From the NCBI RefSeq assembly GCF_009914755.1, contig NC_060930.1: a stretch of 64,000 nt of DNA; one strand, written 5' to 3'. Position numbers and translations under genes: made by a program. Under the pieces are notes generated by a model. It saw nothing but the letters and a program-made list of their open reading frames with translations. It searched no databases and was not told the origin of the DNA. This stretch comes from the human T2T-CHM13v2.0 reference genome, Homo sapiens. Shown piece by piece: positions 43,506 through 56,379 of the stretch (the stretch's first letter is position 1; each line of letters starts with the position of its first letter).

Positions 43506-45448
43506 TGAACATTCTTATAAATATGTTTTGTGTCTCGAACCCATGGTGAACATTCTTACAAATGTTTTGTAACATTTATACAACATATACGAAACTGAAA
43601 ATACGTTTTCAGTTCTCTTGCTTAAATAACTAGGATCGGAATAGCTGGGTCATAGGGTACGTATGTGTATGTTTAGCTTGAGAAGAAAGTGCAGGAGCTC
43701 TTCCCTAAGCAGTTGCTACATCGCGTCCTCGATGACGTGTGAGAGCTCTAGTTCCATCACATTCTTGCCGACGTCTACTAGAGTCAGTCTTTAATTTTTA
43801 TCCTGATGGATGTGTGATGGCATCGCATTGTAGTGTTAATTTTCATTTCCCTGCTAACTAACGATGTTGTTCATCCTTTCATGTGGCTGATGGGTCATTC
43901 TTACACTTTTGAAAATCTAATTACATGCATGCTGGATATTGAGACATTGTCCCACGGGTCGAGAGCTCCGCTTGCTTTTTTCCCCCAATTATCCTTATTT
44001 CTGTTGTTCATACTGGATAATTTCTATTGGTTTACAAGTTAACTGACTTTTTAAAAAATCTATTATTATCATCTAGTAGATTTTTAAAAATTCATCTACT
44101 GTGTTTTTCCATTCCAGAAATTCCATTTAGTTCCTGTTTTAGGGTTTCTATTTCTCCGCCGAGATTTCCCACCTACTGATTTATGAGGAGCGCAGTTTCC
44201 TTTACATCATCTGATGCCGCTGTGTTAAAATCCTTGTCTGCTAATTCCAATACCTGGGTCATCTTAAGGGTGGCTTCAGGTGATCATGTTTTGTATTAGG
44301 AATAAGTCGTGTTTTCCCAGTTATTTGTGCATTTCAATTAAATTTGAATTCAATTAAATTTGCATCCCGGACATTGTGAATGTTATGCTGTGGAGACTCT
44401 GGATTCTGTAATATATCTCTAAGGACTGTTGATTTTTTATTTGTTTGTTTTAGCAAGCAGTTAACTTATTTGGACTCTAACTCTTGGCTCTTGGGCAGCA
44501 TCCAATTCTTACTTCAGTTCTTCTAGCCTTCGCTGGGCTGGCTGGAGTGGAGTCGGACCATGCATATGGAGAGACTCCTCTATGGGATACCTCTCTCACC
44601 TAGCCGTAGTTGTGGCTGCTCCAAAGCCTGTTTTTCGAGCCAGAAGGCACGTTTTGTCTTGGAGTTTTAGGCACTCCTGGACCTGGCTTTAGGTTAAAAT
44701 CCATAAGAAATAAGAAATTCATGCGGGTGCCATTTCCTCTAGAATCTGCCCACCAATGGTCGTTCTCTGGTGTCTTCAGGGATTTTTTCAAAATTAAAAA
44801 AAAAATTTTATTTTTTGATATTTAAGTTTACAGTTGTTATTTGTGGTGGGCTGGCCTGATAGGAGCTTCCTCAGCCATGGCTGGACGAAGGGCACTGCTT
44901 TTTGAAACTCACTGCCACGCTGCCAGCCATCACATGAGGAGCTCCCAGGCAGAAGTGCACGCTTCCATCTGCAGGCATGCCTAGCAACTACCAGCTGGTT
45001 ATGTGCATGCCAAAGTCAACTGGTGTTTACGGCAGTTATAATTATGTAATTTAAACAAAAGAGACAGTTATTTGTTGTTTCTATGCAAACTGCACTGAAT
45101 GCTTTCAAAAGACTTATTAAAAGCAAGTTGTTAAAAATTTCCTGCGGAATGGAATGTCATGAAGATAGTTGGAAAATAAAAATAAAAATCACAAAACTTT
45201 TGAAGGATTCTGCATTCAGATAATTTGGCAGAAGTCTTTAAGATCTTGCTCTACTGTAAAGAAACAGAAACTCTGAAACTTGTAGACAATGCTTCATGGG
45301 TATGGCTTATGCAAGAAAGAATATGAACTTCTTCAATCAGTAGATCCATTAAAAGAAGCCTGTCATATCATAAGATTGATGACTAAAAACATTTTATATG
45401 CTTTAAATAACAACAGAAGTTCAATATGAAATTGAATGATTTTGTTAC

Positions 45449-45571
45449 CTGTAAAGCTCCATTTTTGCTGAAGGATGAAACACACTGCATCAGTCGACTG
45501 AGCTCTTCAGAAACTGCTTCTATCACCTTGGATAGTACCCGAGGGACCAGTTCTTTGGAAATGGTGAACAC
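45449..45571 (-). CDS. EXOC2: EXOC2 coding exon: [41 protein letters not shown]
   Basis: ccag|GTGTTC...TTACAG|gtaaca. 123 nt = 41 codons, phase 0 to 0. Lies within ORF 45383..45571. Confidence 0.97.
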
Positions 45572-47510
45572 CTGGTTTGAAATAGGAAGACATGGTGCTT
45601 TCTGGGGCTTTTTGACTTGAATTTGTTAAAGACAAAGTTAACATTCAAAACAAAACAAAAGAAAATCAACAGGACTTCTAAGTCATTTTTAAAAGGCCAA
45701 AATTATAAATGAAAGGAAGATACAGACTTATATTTAAATTCTATTGACTGATTAACAACAAAAATTCTCTTAAAAATACAATATTGGCAAATATAATTTT
45801 GAAAGGCATTACTGATGTTGACAAAATAAAAACTGTTTTGAACATTTCTTTTGCCTCTTGCCCCTTTCACTGGAAAGAAACATCTCTAAAGAAGAAATTA
45901 GAGAAATAAGAACATACTGGGTCAATATTTTACCACAATTTAAAAAAATATTGTGTCAGACTCTCCTTAAACTCTGACAAACACCATTTCATATGGGGTA
46001 CCCCATTCTGTATTGGAGAACAAGCCCCCCCTCCACAATTTTACACATACTGTACTCAATATGTATTTCATTTTATTTGACTTACATTATTTTCAAACCT
46101 TAAAGTTTGAGACTTTCAAACTGAGAGTTACTGTCTTTGGAGATTTACTGAAACATCTGACTCTGCTGACTCATAAATGACAGTAAATCATATTTTCTTT
46201 TTAAGCTTTTCCTTTTTTCAGATTGAGCCACTAGCATTAAATATTTGAATTAACCCAAACATAACTTGAGTGTCCAAGGAAATTTTTGGCAATTTAAGAT
46301 TATGTAGCAAATAGTAAATACTATGAATGAAATTCTCCTTTCAGTCATTATAAGCCCATGGCAATTGATAATAGACATTAATAAAAGCTGCCTCACTAGG
46401 AATCAGCACCATCACTACAATTTCCACAGATCTCACAGTTCTGCCCACCTACCGAAGAAATGCTTGCAACAACTGCACCTAAATTTGCACTTTGGGCTCA
46501 AATTCTATAGGATGCTACCATAACAAAAACAGAATTTTTATATTTTTTATAAGATCACAATTAAAAATATTGCTCCTTATAAAAAGATCTATGTGGTGAC
46601 TTCCTGCCTGAGTTAAATCATATAAAAACTCTATTGTTAGAGATGAATTTGTATGTTTCCCTTTCATAAGAACTGGAAACTGTAACGTTCTATAGTTTTC
46701 TTTCTGCTCTTGGCGCTTCAAACTTCTAGCCAAATTTAGGAACCAGGTAGTGTTATCTTTGTCTTCCCTGGTCATATTCGGGTTTCACTCTTAATTAACC
46801 ATGTTTTTTCAGTTTACCTTGATGGCCTCAGATACTTTTGGATGCAGCAGGCGGCATAAACCTAAAAACACCCTTCTTGGATGCTTGTCGTCCAAGAGGC
46901 ACCTGGTCAACGGTGGAAACGACTGAATGGTAGCCTCTTTGATCTGCCCCACTTTATCTGGTCCCCCATTAGTCTGTGAGCCACAGCCACTCTCAAAGTG
47001 TTGGCAAAGCAGTGAGTAACAAATCCTGAAATGACTGAATGAAAACAGGCAGCCATAGATCATGGTGGTAGCTCTGGTCTCTTCTTTCAATGTTCCTCAG
47101 AAGAGTCCTCCTAACCAGGATGTTCACTGAGGATGTTAACACAAAGCTTAAGATGAAAGCGTGTCAAGTGAGAGCAAGTTTTCGCATGGCCCAGAAGCAC
47201 CAATACTGTCTGCATGACCCTAAGTCAACCACGGACAGGAAACCACGCATCTGTTCCAGTGTCGGCCTGCCCCGAGTCTCTTTCTAAGCAGTGTCTGCCT
47301 TTCTGGAATCCCAGCCACTGCTACAGGAATCAGATACCAGTGCTTATTTGTACACAGGCTAAAAAGAGGTTAATTCATTTTCCAAGATAAGGGATTTACT
47401 ATTCTTTGAAGGATAAACATCCTTGCAATCTATCTTCACCTTTCAAATATTTATGAATTTAGCTGGAATTATCAAAGAAAACATACAATTTCAGAGAAAG
47501 ACTCACAGTT

Positions 47511-47512
<2 letters not shown>

Positions 47513-47566
<54 letters not shown>

Positions 47567-47584
47567 ACAGAGAGAGACAGACAG
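47513..47584. repeat. (AC)25 microsatellite plus a GA-rich extension; (UG)25 in EXOC2 pre-mRNA
   Basis: Directly visible at 47513-47562. Confidence 0.98.
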
Positions 47585-47734
47585 TGCGAGCAAGAGCTGA
47601 ACTGTATCTTATTTATACCCAAGACACATTCTGAGGGAAAAAAAAGACCACCATAGAAATAATCAAATTTACATCTTTCTTTTTTCTTTTTTTTGGTTAT
47701 CCATATCTCTTAGGAACATCTAATGATACTTTAC

Positions 47735-47790
47735 CTCTGCATGCACGGCAATTATATTCACCAGTGCTTCTTTTAAATAGTTTCTGACAC
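47735..47790 (-). CDS. EXOC2: EXOC2 (exocyst component SEC5) coding exon, fifth from last: (G)VRNYLKEALVNIIAVHAE
   Basis: Minus strand reads tttcag|GTGTCAGAAAC...GCAGAG|gtaaag. 56 nt, phase 1 to 0. The translation matches the EXOC2 C-terminal region as I recall it and splices in frame to the next exon. Confidence 0.95.
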
Positions 47791-48094
47791 CTGAAATTGA
47801 AATAAAGGAGAGAAAGAAGGCATTAATAATAACACAAGCTCCCCTCCCCTGCTGGCAGGCTGTACCCCATGCTTTAGAGTTTTCTGAGGAGAAACAGAAA
47901 GTAACACCACCACTATTTCCTTTTGAGAATCAAATGGTGAAAGGAGTATTTCCATACAGGTCAAAAAGAAAAAAAAAGAAATGAGAAGTTTTCTTTTATT
48001 GTTTTTCATTTCTGTCACTGTTTATGTTCTCTATAACTGGCTCTCAGTCGGCCTCAAAATGAAAATTTAAGAATGTTCTTCAGTTTCTTCACGC

Positions 48095-48206
48095 ACACAC
48101 ACACAGAGAATATATATAGATAAGTATCTATATATACTGTAAAACATATACACACTGTAAAACATATACGGTAAAACATATATACTGTAAAACACACACA
48201 CACACT
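48095..48206. repeat. Short tandem repeat: 4 degenerate copies of tatactgtaaaaca flanked by CA runs
   Basis: Directly visible. Confidence 0.85.
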
Positions 48207-48479
48207 CAGTATAAGCAGTAACACAAAATACAGAGGGTGTTTAACAATGCTTATAAAATGCACATTAAATATCAATTATAGCATCTTACTACCAAAGGTG
48301 AAAGTCAAGTTATTGAGCAGAAGGACCATTTTTGTCTTAAGGAATCACTTTTAGGAGAAACTCCTTATAAAACTGAATTTGATTCTGTAAGCAAGTTAAA
48401 GCCTGGACAAAATAAAACATCAGATTTTAGGTACAAGTTCAATGAGCCTCACTTTGCTCAAAAGCAGAAACACACAGGA

Positions 48480-48705
48480 TTTAAGAATGTGGGGTCTGAG
48501 GTCTGACTATTGGGGACCAAACCCCAGTTTCGACAGCTGCTAGTTGTGACTTTTGGCAAGAAGGCTGTGAGCCTCAGTTTTCTCATCTGTCACAGGAGAA
48601 TAATAATTGTCCCACCCTTGGGGGGCTGCAGTGAGGATGAAAGGGGATGCATGCCATAGGTCCTGGCATTCACAGCGTTCACTAAGAGCTTTCATTATCA
48701 TCATT
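48480..48705. mobile_element. MIR
   Basis: gagcctcagttttctcatctgtcacaggagaataataat. Confidence 0.75.
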
Positions 48706-49104
48706 TTGCAGGAAAAAAACCCCATAAAAACAAAATACTGTTTTATTGTGTTTCCAAAACAATTCCTTTCCCTTGAAGTGGGAGATTCCAGATGCCTTCT
48801 AGAGCTGCACACACTGAGAACATCTCCTCTATAGAACAGGGAAAATGCTGCACTGTAAAAGCATGGATGTTCCCAGTAACAACATTAAGGAAAATATTCT
48901 CCCAGAGTCTCATCCACGCTACTGGTTAGTTGGGAAAGTTGAGATAGAGATCAAGAACTATAATCAACCTTTTGAACGGGCATTTGCATATTCCAAATAT
49001 AGAACTAGGTTTTGATTGTGTCACACACTACGGTATACAAATAAGCACACGGTTTTTCTTTTGAGGAGCCAATTTCATATACAGATCAATATCAAGGGCA
49101 TAGG

Positions 49105-50020
49105 TATATATCGAGATATATATAGAGACATATAGATATACATATCTATATATATCTATATATCTATATATCTATTGGCTCCTCAAAAGATATATATATT
49201 ATATATATCTATATATATTATATATATCTATATATTATATATATCTATATATATTATATATATCTATATATTATATATTATATATATCTATATATATTAT
49301 ATATATCTATATATTATATATATCTATATATATTATATATATCTATATATTATATATATCTATATATTATATATATCTATATATATTATATATATCTATA
49401 TATTATATATATCTATATATATTATATATATCTATATATTATATATATCTATATATATTATATATATCTATATATTATATATATCTATATATATTATATA
49501 TATCTATATATTATATATATCTATATATATTATATATATCTATATATTATATATATCTATATATATTATATATATCTATATATTATATATATCTATATAT
49601 ATTATATATATCTATATATTATATATATCTATATATATTATATATATCTATATATATTATATATATCTATATATATTATATATATCTATATATATTATAT
49701 ATATCTATATATATTATATATATCTATATATTATATATATATTATATATATTATATATATATTATATATATCTATATATATTATATATATTATATATATC
49801 TATATATATTATATATATTATATATATCTATATATATTATATATAATATATAGATATATATTATATATCTATATATAATATCTATATTATATTATATATA
49901 TTATATATCTATATATATCGATATATATAGATAGATATATCTATCTATAAAAGATATATATATCTATAAAAGATATATATATCTCTATATAAAAGATATA
50001 TCTATCTATGTATATATATT
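49105..50020. repeat. AT-rich minisatellite, ~17-19 bp units of the TATATATCTATATATAT type
   Basis: Directly visible; enclosed by inverted repeats at 49040-49073 and 50018-50051. Confidence 0.97.
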
Positions 50021-51734
50021 GGCTCCTCAAAACAAAAACAGTGTGCTTATTAAGTCTATTTTGCTGAGATGGCTGAGTGAAGAGTAATTCAATATAATCC
50101 AGAAATTAATGGATTCTTCCTGAGAAAAAGGATAATTGCAAGGTAAGAAGTCTTATCTAGGAGGCAGGAGAGAAGAACAGAAAGAGCCTGTTGTAAGTGA
50201 AAGTGAAATAAACGAACTCGTCTGGAGACCAGAGAGGCTTTCTTCCCGCAGGAGGAAAGCCACACCCCCCGGTGTCCCCAGACTGCTCCCGCTGCTGTGG
50301 GGGCACTGGGGCCTGGCCTCGCCGCTCATACCCTCTGGGCAGCCCCACCCAGGGGCGGAGATCCACATGCTCAGGTCTGGTCTCTAAGCCGCACGCCATG
50401 GAGGACCAGCTCATGTAGACGCACAGGTAACATACATACTTACTGAAAATCGAAGCACAATAGTAAGCTGCTATTTTCGATGCTCTAAGGAACAGAATAA
50501 AAAATTCACAGCCTCTGCCCTCAGTGAGAACCGGGGTCCTGTCAACACTCCTGCAAGAACAAGTGTCAGGATTTGGGGCTCTAACGATGTGCTACGGTGC
50601 AAGGATGACTGGAAATGCGAAGGCAGTTTTTAACTTTTGAAATTCCTCAATGTAAAAGAAAAGAGTGGGGGCAGAGTGCTGACTAAAAAGCAGAAAATTA
50701 TACTTAGAGTGAAGCCAGGCGGTGTCACATGCTCAGTGACAGCCTGCTGTGAACTCAACTCCCACTCGGACCCCGACATCATAAACACTTCCTGGCAAGA
50801 ACCCACCCGCCTAAGCATTACTAATAAGACACCCCGTAAAAGAGGTGAAGTGTAAACTGCTCAATGCAATTCTGAAGACAAAGCTATGAATGGGAAGAAT
50901 AAAGGCACAGGACCCTTTGAACCAAAAGAACCATATTTTTGTGGGCAGAAAATTTGGAAAAAAAAAATCAAGCTTCCTATTTTGGGTCGAGCACAGGTTT
51001 CACATGGATAATATAAGGAGCTCAAAGACGTAACCTTGGACAAGAAAGAACTTTTGTATTTCTAGATTTTATCTTTTTGAATGAAAAAAAGGAAATAATT
51101 GCCTTCTTTCCCCTCACACAAAAAAACGAAATAACTGCTTCATACAAATAACTGGTAATGTTGGAAAAAGAGAAGGGAAAAATGTGTGGTCCTGTGTGGA
51201 CAGGAAGTGGTACCGCTAGTCAAACCACACATCAGGCCAGTGAGGTTCAAAGAGGCAGCATTCAACTGGATGCATCGGAAAGGGCCGGAGTGAGGCGGAG
51301 CTCTGCGAGCTGCCATCATAACCTCCCAGTGCAGTGCCTGTGCTGGTATTATAATTTTTGGTAACAAAAACTTTAATATAAAAATAAATCATTGATGGTC
51401 TCTCTCCAAAAAGCTAATCGCTGAATTAAATACAGGAGCAAGTACTTTTTTTTTTTTTTATTACCGATTGGGCTGAAATTGTTCATTCTAAGGGAATGGC
51501 TAAAAGTTCTCATTCATTCAACTAACATAAATTCATTGAGATCCTACTACATGGAGGATGCCACTAGGCACATGGCAGAGGTGCTCAAGGCATATGGTGC
51601 TCCAAGTAGAACACGTATACATCTCCAGTATATGTAAGACCCCAAAGTGCTTAGTTATTACAAGTTTGACCTGCCAATATATGCAGGATGGCCATATGAA
51701 AGAATTTCATGTTGTAAAAAACATCTTTGCCCCA

Positions 51735-51885
51735 TTTACCCTGATGTGGTATTTATTACGCATTTGCCCTGATGATGTGGTATTTATTTATTACGCATTT
51801 GCAAGCCTGTATCAAAATCTCTCTTGTAACTGCTAAGTGTATACACCTACTATGAACCCACAAAAACTAAACATAAAAAAATTTA
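51735..51885 (+). mobile_element. Short L1MA 3' terminus with an internal ~30-bp tandem duplication
   Basis: ccctgatgtggtatttattacgcatttg occurs twice, followed by gcctgtatcaaaa...atacacctactatgaacccacaaaaa. Confidence 0.7.
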
Positions 51886-54800
51886 TACTTCAATTTAAAA
51901 TAATTTGTTATATGTTTGGTTGCTATATTTATTTTGTGAAGTCCTTAAACGGTTAAAGAATAGTACTGGATAGGAACAGAGGAAGGGCAAAGGGCCTAGA
52001 GACCAGATAGTGTCCGTGTCTGGGAAACCGGTAAGATCTCTGTGGTCTTCCTCGTTCAGAATTTCGCTTCCTTTCTCTCTTCACTCCGGCCACAGCTGGG
52101 TACTGGCCTAGGGAGAGACCAGCCGAGTAGCACGCCCGCACCCTCGCCTTCCTCCTCAGCCTGTCCCGTGGGCTCTTGGGTCCAAGTAAGACTTTTACTC
52201 CCATAAAGCACTCACTTCCAATTGCTTGTTTTCTGTTTCAAAATGTTATCCAAAATCTGTCTGTGGGAGGATGTCAGCTCTTTCAAACACCTGTGTCCAA
52301 AGAAGCCCGTGCTGGGACAGGTGCTGGGGTGGCCCGGCTCGCTGGCTCCATGCAGCTCTGACGGCCAACACCGTTGGCAAAAGCAGTAGCCACGTGCTTT
52401 CCCGACTGGGCAGAGGAAGGTGCTGGCAGCCAGGGTAAAGGCATGCACATGCGAACACTGAGAGGAGGCCCAGACCAGGCAGGGGCTGGGACGGTGACGT
52501 ACGGTGATGCAGGGCTCGCCTGCGGCCTCGCAGTCTCTTCCTTAAATGGGAGGTCAGACGGAGAAGGTGAGGCAGAGGCCGTCAGAGAGGGGCTCCGTGT
52601 GCATCCGTTATGGAAGCGGCTGAGGCCTCGCGGTGATGGCAGAACGATGTGTGGGATGAGTTTCAAAGGACCTCAGTTGTGGCTCCTGGCGGCAGGACCA
52701 GAATCTGATTTTTGGTGACAGAACCTTTTTCAAAGGGCCAGTGACGGTGACAGAGGGGCCATGCTGCAATTATTTTTGGTGGCATATGTCCTCCTCCCAT
52801 TGAATTTCATTCCAATGTCACTATCAGTAACGTTAGTGCTTGATAATTCCTTTTAAGTTTATTGAGGTGACAGAAAGAACACTTGAGATGGAATTTCCTG
52901 GCTAACCCTACACCAATCGTATGACCTTCCACAACTCAGCTTATCTTTCAGACAACTGCCTACTCTGCGAAACAGACAGATCACGAGACCCATTTTGCTA
53001 ACGAAGCTGTTATGAAAATGCCACGTGTGTGCAATTCCCCCATTCTTCCAACACGTGCTGTGTATCTATCATGTGCTGGGCATCAACAGGTGGTGATATA
53101 AGAAAGTGGGCAAAACAGACAGGACCCCCCACCCTAAGAGAGCTTACAGGTCAGTGGGGAGGAGCATCTTGCCAATTCTAAAGTAGTACACATATTTCAG
53201 GTGTTAATTTAAAATTAAAGACATAACAGTTGACTAAAAAGCATAATGACTAGAAACAGCACACTGATTTCTCTTTCTGAAATGCAAGGTATTAAGTTTG
53301 GACAATGGTCCTGCCATGACTGTCTAGCTGCTGCAGATCCTGGCTGTACATTAATTCTTTTGAGTGGTACAAGGAATGGCTAACAGTTGAGTTTGCATAT
53401 AGGAACACAACAACGGCAGAAAAAAAAAACACGAATACAACATGAAATATGGCTGTGATGTGCTAGAACTGGAAACGTTTGTCCTTGACAGTACTCCTCA
53501 TTTTGCTGGTTTCATACATAGTCCTTGGAAGTTAGAATTTCCGTTCAACTCTCACCATACTTTGCACTGGTGTTGAGAATGGCTCAATGTCAAATGCCGG
53601 TGATGGCTGGGGAAGACTTTGCTTCTGTGGCGACATCTGAGCCGTGGCCTGAGCGAAGAGGATCGGGGGACACAGACAGAATTAGACTGGGCCTCAGACA
53701 CTCATTACTGAGTAGTCACCTGGGGGCAAGTTTCTGGACTGCTCTGACTTGTAGCTTTCTCCTTTGTAAAACAGAGACAACATTTAAGTGGAATAACGTT
53801 TTTAAGAGGCTAGGGAGGCATCCGCCAGACAGCAGGCAGCCAACAAGCGGGAGGTGTTAGGACGGCCCCGCCCCACCCCACTCTGCATTCCCAGGTGCTG
53901 CCTGGATCCACCGTTGTCCTCCTGGGCACTGTGTCCCCGGTCCCACTGGGGCAGCTCTGCAGTCCTTTGTGTGATCACTCAGTGAACAACTGTCTCTCCT
54001 ATTGGACCGTACACTCCACAGCACAGGGATCATCTGCCATTCTCCTTCTCATCATAGCCTCAGCTCCCATCACAGAGGTTGGCACACAGATGGCACAAGA
54101 TGTTCAAAAATATCCGTGAATGACAAACAAAGGAAGGCAAAGACCATGTCTGTCTTGCTCACTACTAAGTTCTGAAGACTTATGCAGTTGATAAGTGAAT
54201 GAATGAGGGAATAAACACATCAGAGAAAAACCTAAATATATGTAGAATTCTATAATGCTCAAGTCAGAATATATCTGCGTCATCTACTAAAAGTAAGTGC
54301 CTCGGCATACATGGAAAGAAGGTATTCCTTGGGAAAGCATACAATCTCTCGCTTCTCACAAAGACAGTCCTTTTGAGCATCAGGATCCATTTGAAAAATA
54401 TAGTTTGAATAAAGTAAGTACAGTAGTATAGAATATTGCTGAGGCTTAATCTATTTGCTTTCCAAAATATGCTTTATTTTTCCAGCAATATACTGAAATA
54501 ATGTCATTAGATATTTGCTGAATGCTCCGCACGTGCTGGATATTAGGAAGATGTCCAGGTATATCAGGATGGAGTGAACACGTAAGTGTGCAGGGAAACC
54601 TAAGTTTCAGTTTGTGCTCCAACAACAGTGGGCCATACAATGCCAAATGTATGGTGCACACAGTATTAGGGAGGGATCATCAGTGTGGACAGTGTGCCAA
54701 GAAAAATACAAGGCAAACGGATTTGCTCCTTGGAGTTAAAGGCTACATTATTATGCTGCAGTAATAAGTACTGTTTTTAAAAAGGTTCCCCTTCAATAAA

Positions 54801-55287
54801 CCCCCACAACTTTCCATGTTGTTCAAGCGAGGGAATGAGAAACAGTTTCTAAGCATTTACAACATGTATCTCCTCCACTGTCTGAATATGAAATTAGAAT
54901 GTGTCATGATATTTGACAAAAAGTGTCCCCACCCACACAGTATCAACCTAGACTACTACCACTTAGCAATTAATCTAGTAGCCCCGTGTGGAAATTCCCC
55001 ATGGAGAAAACAAGGCTCATCTCTACTGAGCAAGAACTTGTAGGCTGTTTCCTGTAAGCCGGCCGGTGTAACCCAGCATATTCTCCAGCAACGAAGATCT
55101 TGTTTTCATGCATCAAAATAGTAGAGCAGCCTTCTTTCTTGGTATATTTGTCAGTTTCCTCTTTTAATCATATAGGAAGGTCACTTGATTTTGGAACAGG
55201 CAAACTGGCACACTATTAAAAATACTTCCTGAGTGTCCATTATTATTACATGCAGGACACTTTTCCAGGGGCTGGGGATATAGCAGG

Positions 55288-55640
55288 GACTACACACACA
55301 CACACAGCAGTGACCACACACACACACACACACAGCAGTGATCCCACACACACACACACAGCAGTGACTACATACACACACACACACAGCAGTGACTACA
55401 CACATACACACACACACACAAGAAGTGACCCCCCCACCCACACACACAGCAGTGACCCCCCCCCACACACACACAGCAGTGACCACACACACACACACAC
55501 ACACAGCAGTGACCCCCCCACACACACACAGCAGTGACTACACACACACACACAGCAGTGACTACACACACACACACACACACACACAAAGAAGTGACCC
55601 CCCCCACACACACACAGCAGTGACCCCACACACACACAGA
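55288..55640. repeat. Minisatellite (CA)n-GCAGTGAC(C/T), ~13 variable-length units
   Basis: Directly visible. Confidence 0.95.
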
Positions 55641-56379
55641 GTGCTCCTGCACTCCCAGGGATTGCACTCTAGTAGGGACACACCCAGGTTTAATATGACA
55701 AATGACCATCTTGCACATGGGAGAGAAGAATCTTACACTGTCTTTAAACAGTGCAAGAAAGCAAATGCATGAAATACAATTGTTCAGGCAAACAGCAAAG
55801 CTTACATGAGAAAGAGAGGGCTTTTGCTTGATGAGAATCATTCATGAAAAAATGATCCCCTTTGCATGTGGGTGCTCGTGTTCCTTTAGTGCTGATCTCA
55901 TGGGAATAATGCCCAGCAGTACCTGATACCACATAATGTTTAGCTATGTATTGGAATGACCTGGATTTAAATCTTAGCTGGAAAATCAGTTAATCTGAGC
56001 TTCTGATTTTCTTTATGGGAAAATGCTTTGTAAAATAAAAAGTGTTCTACAGGCAGACAGGATTCTTCTTCTTCTTAATAATTTGGAGAAACCTCATTAG
56101 AGAAGGTCGACATTAAAGAATAAAATATTGAACACTTTGGATTCACCAAGTCTTCGTCCTTAATTTTTTATTCAGAAAACTGAGTAATTAAATGCTCATT
56201 GTAAAGAACACAGTTGCCCAATAAACTCCTCTTTCATCCTTCTTAGGAATAACCACTATTGACAGGTTAGTGTATGTTCTTCCAGATCTTTTCCTATGAA
56301 TATATTTTTTTCCTAAAAAATGAGATGTTACACATTCTCTTCTTGAAACTTGCTAAATTTCATTCTGTAATCTATAACA

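Noticed and set aside
49175-49846. 223-aa I/Y-rich ORF
   Set aside because: Translation of the AT minisatellite, which happens to lack stops in this frame.
55288-55640. Repeat-spacer pattern resembling a CRISPR array
   Set aside because: The spacers are just CA runs, the repeat is ~8 bp, the DNA is human and there are no cas genes.
55181-55841. Cys/Val- or His/Thr-rich ORFs resembling metallothionein or keratin-associated proteins
   Set aside because: Translations of the (CA)n-GCAGTGAC minisatellite.
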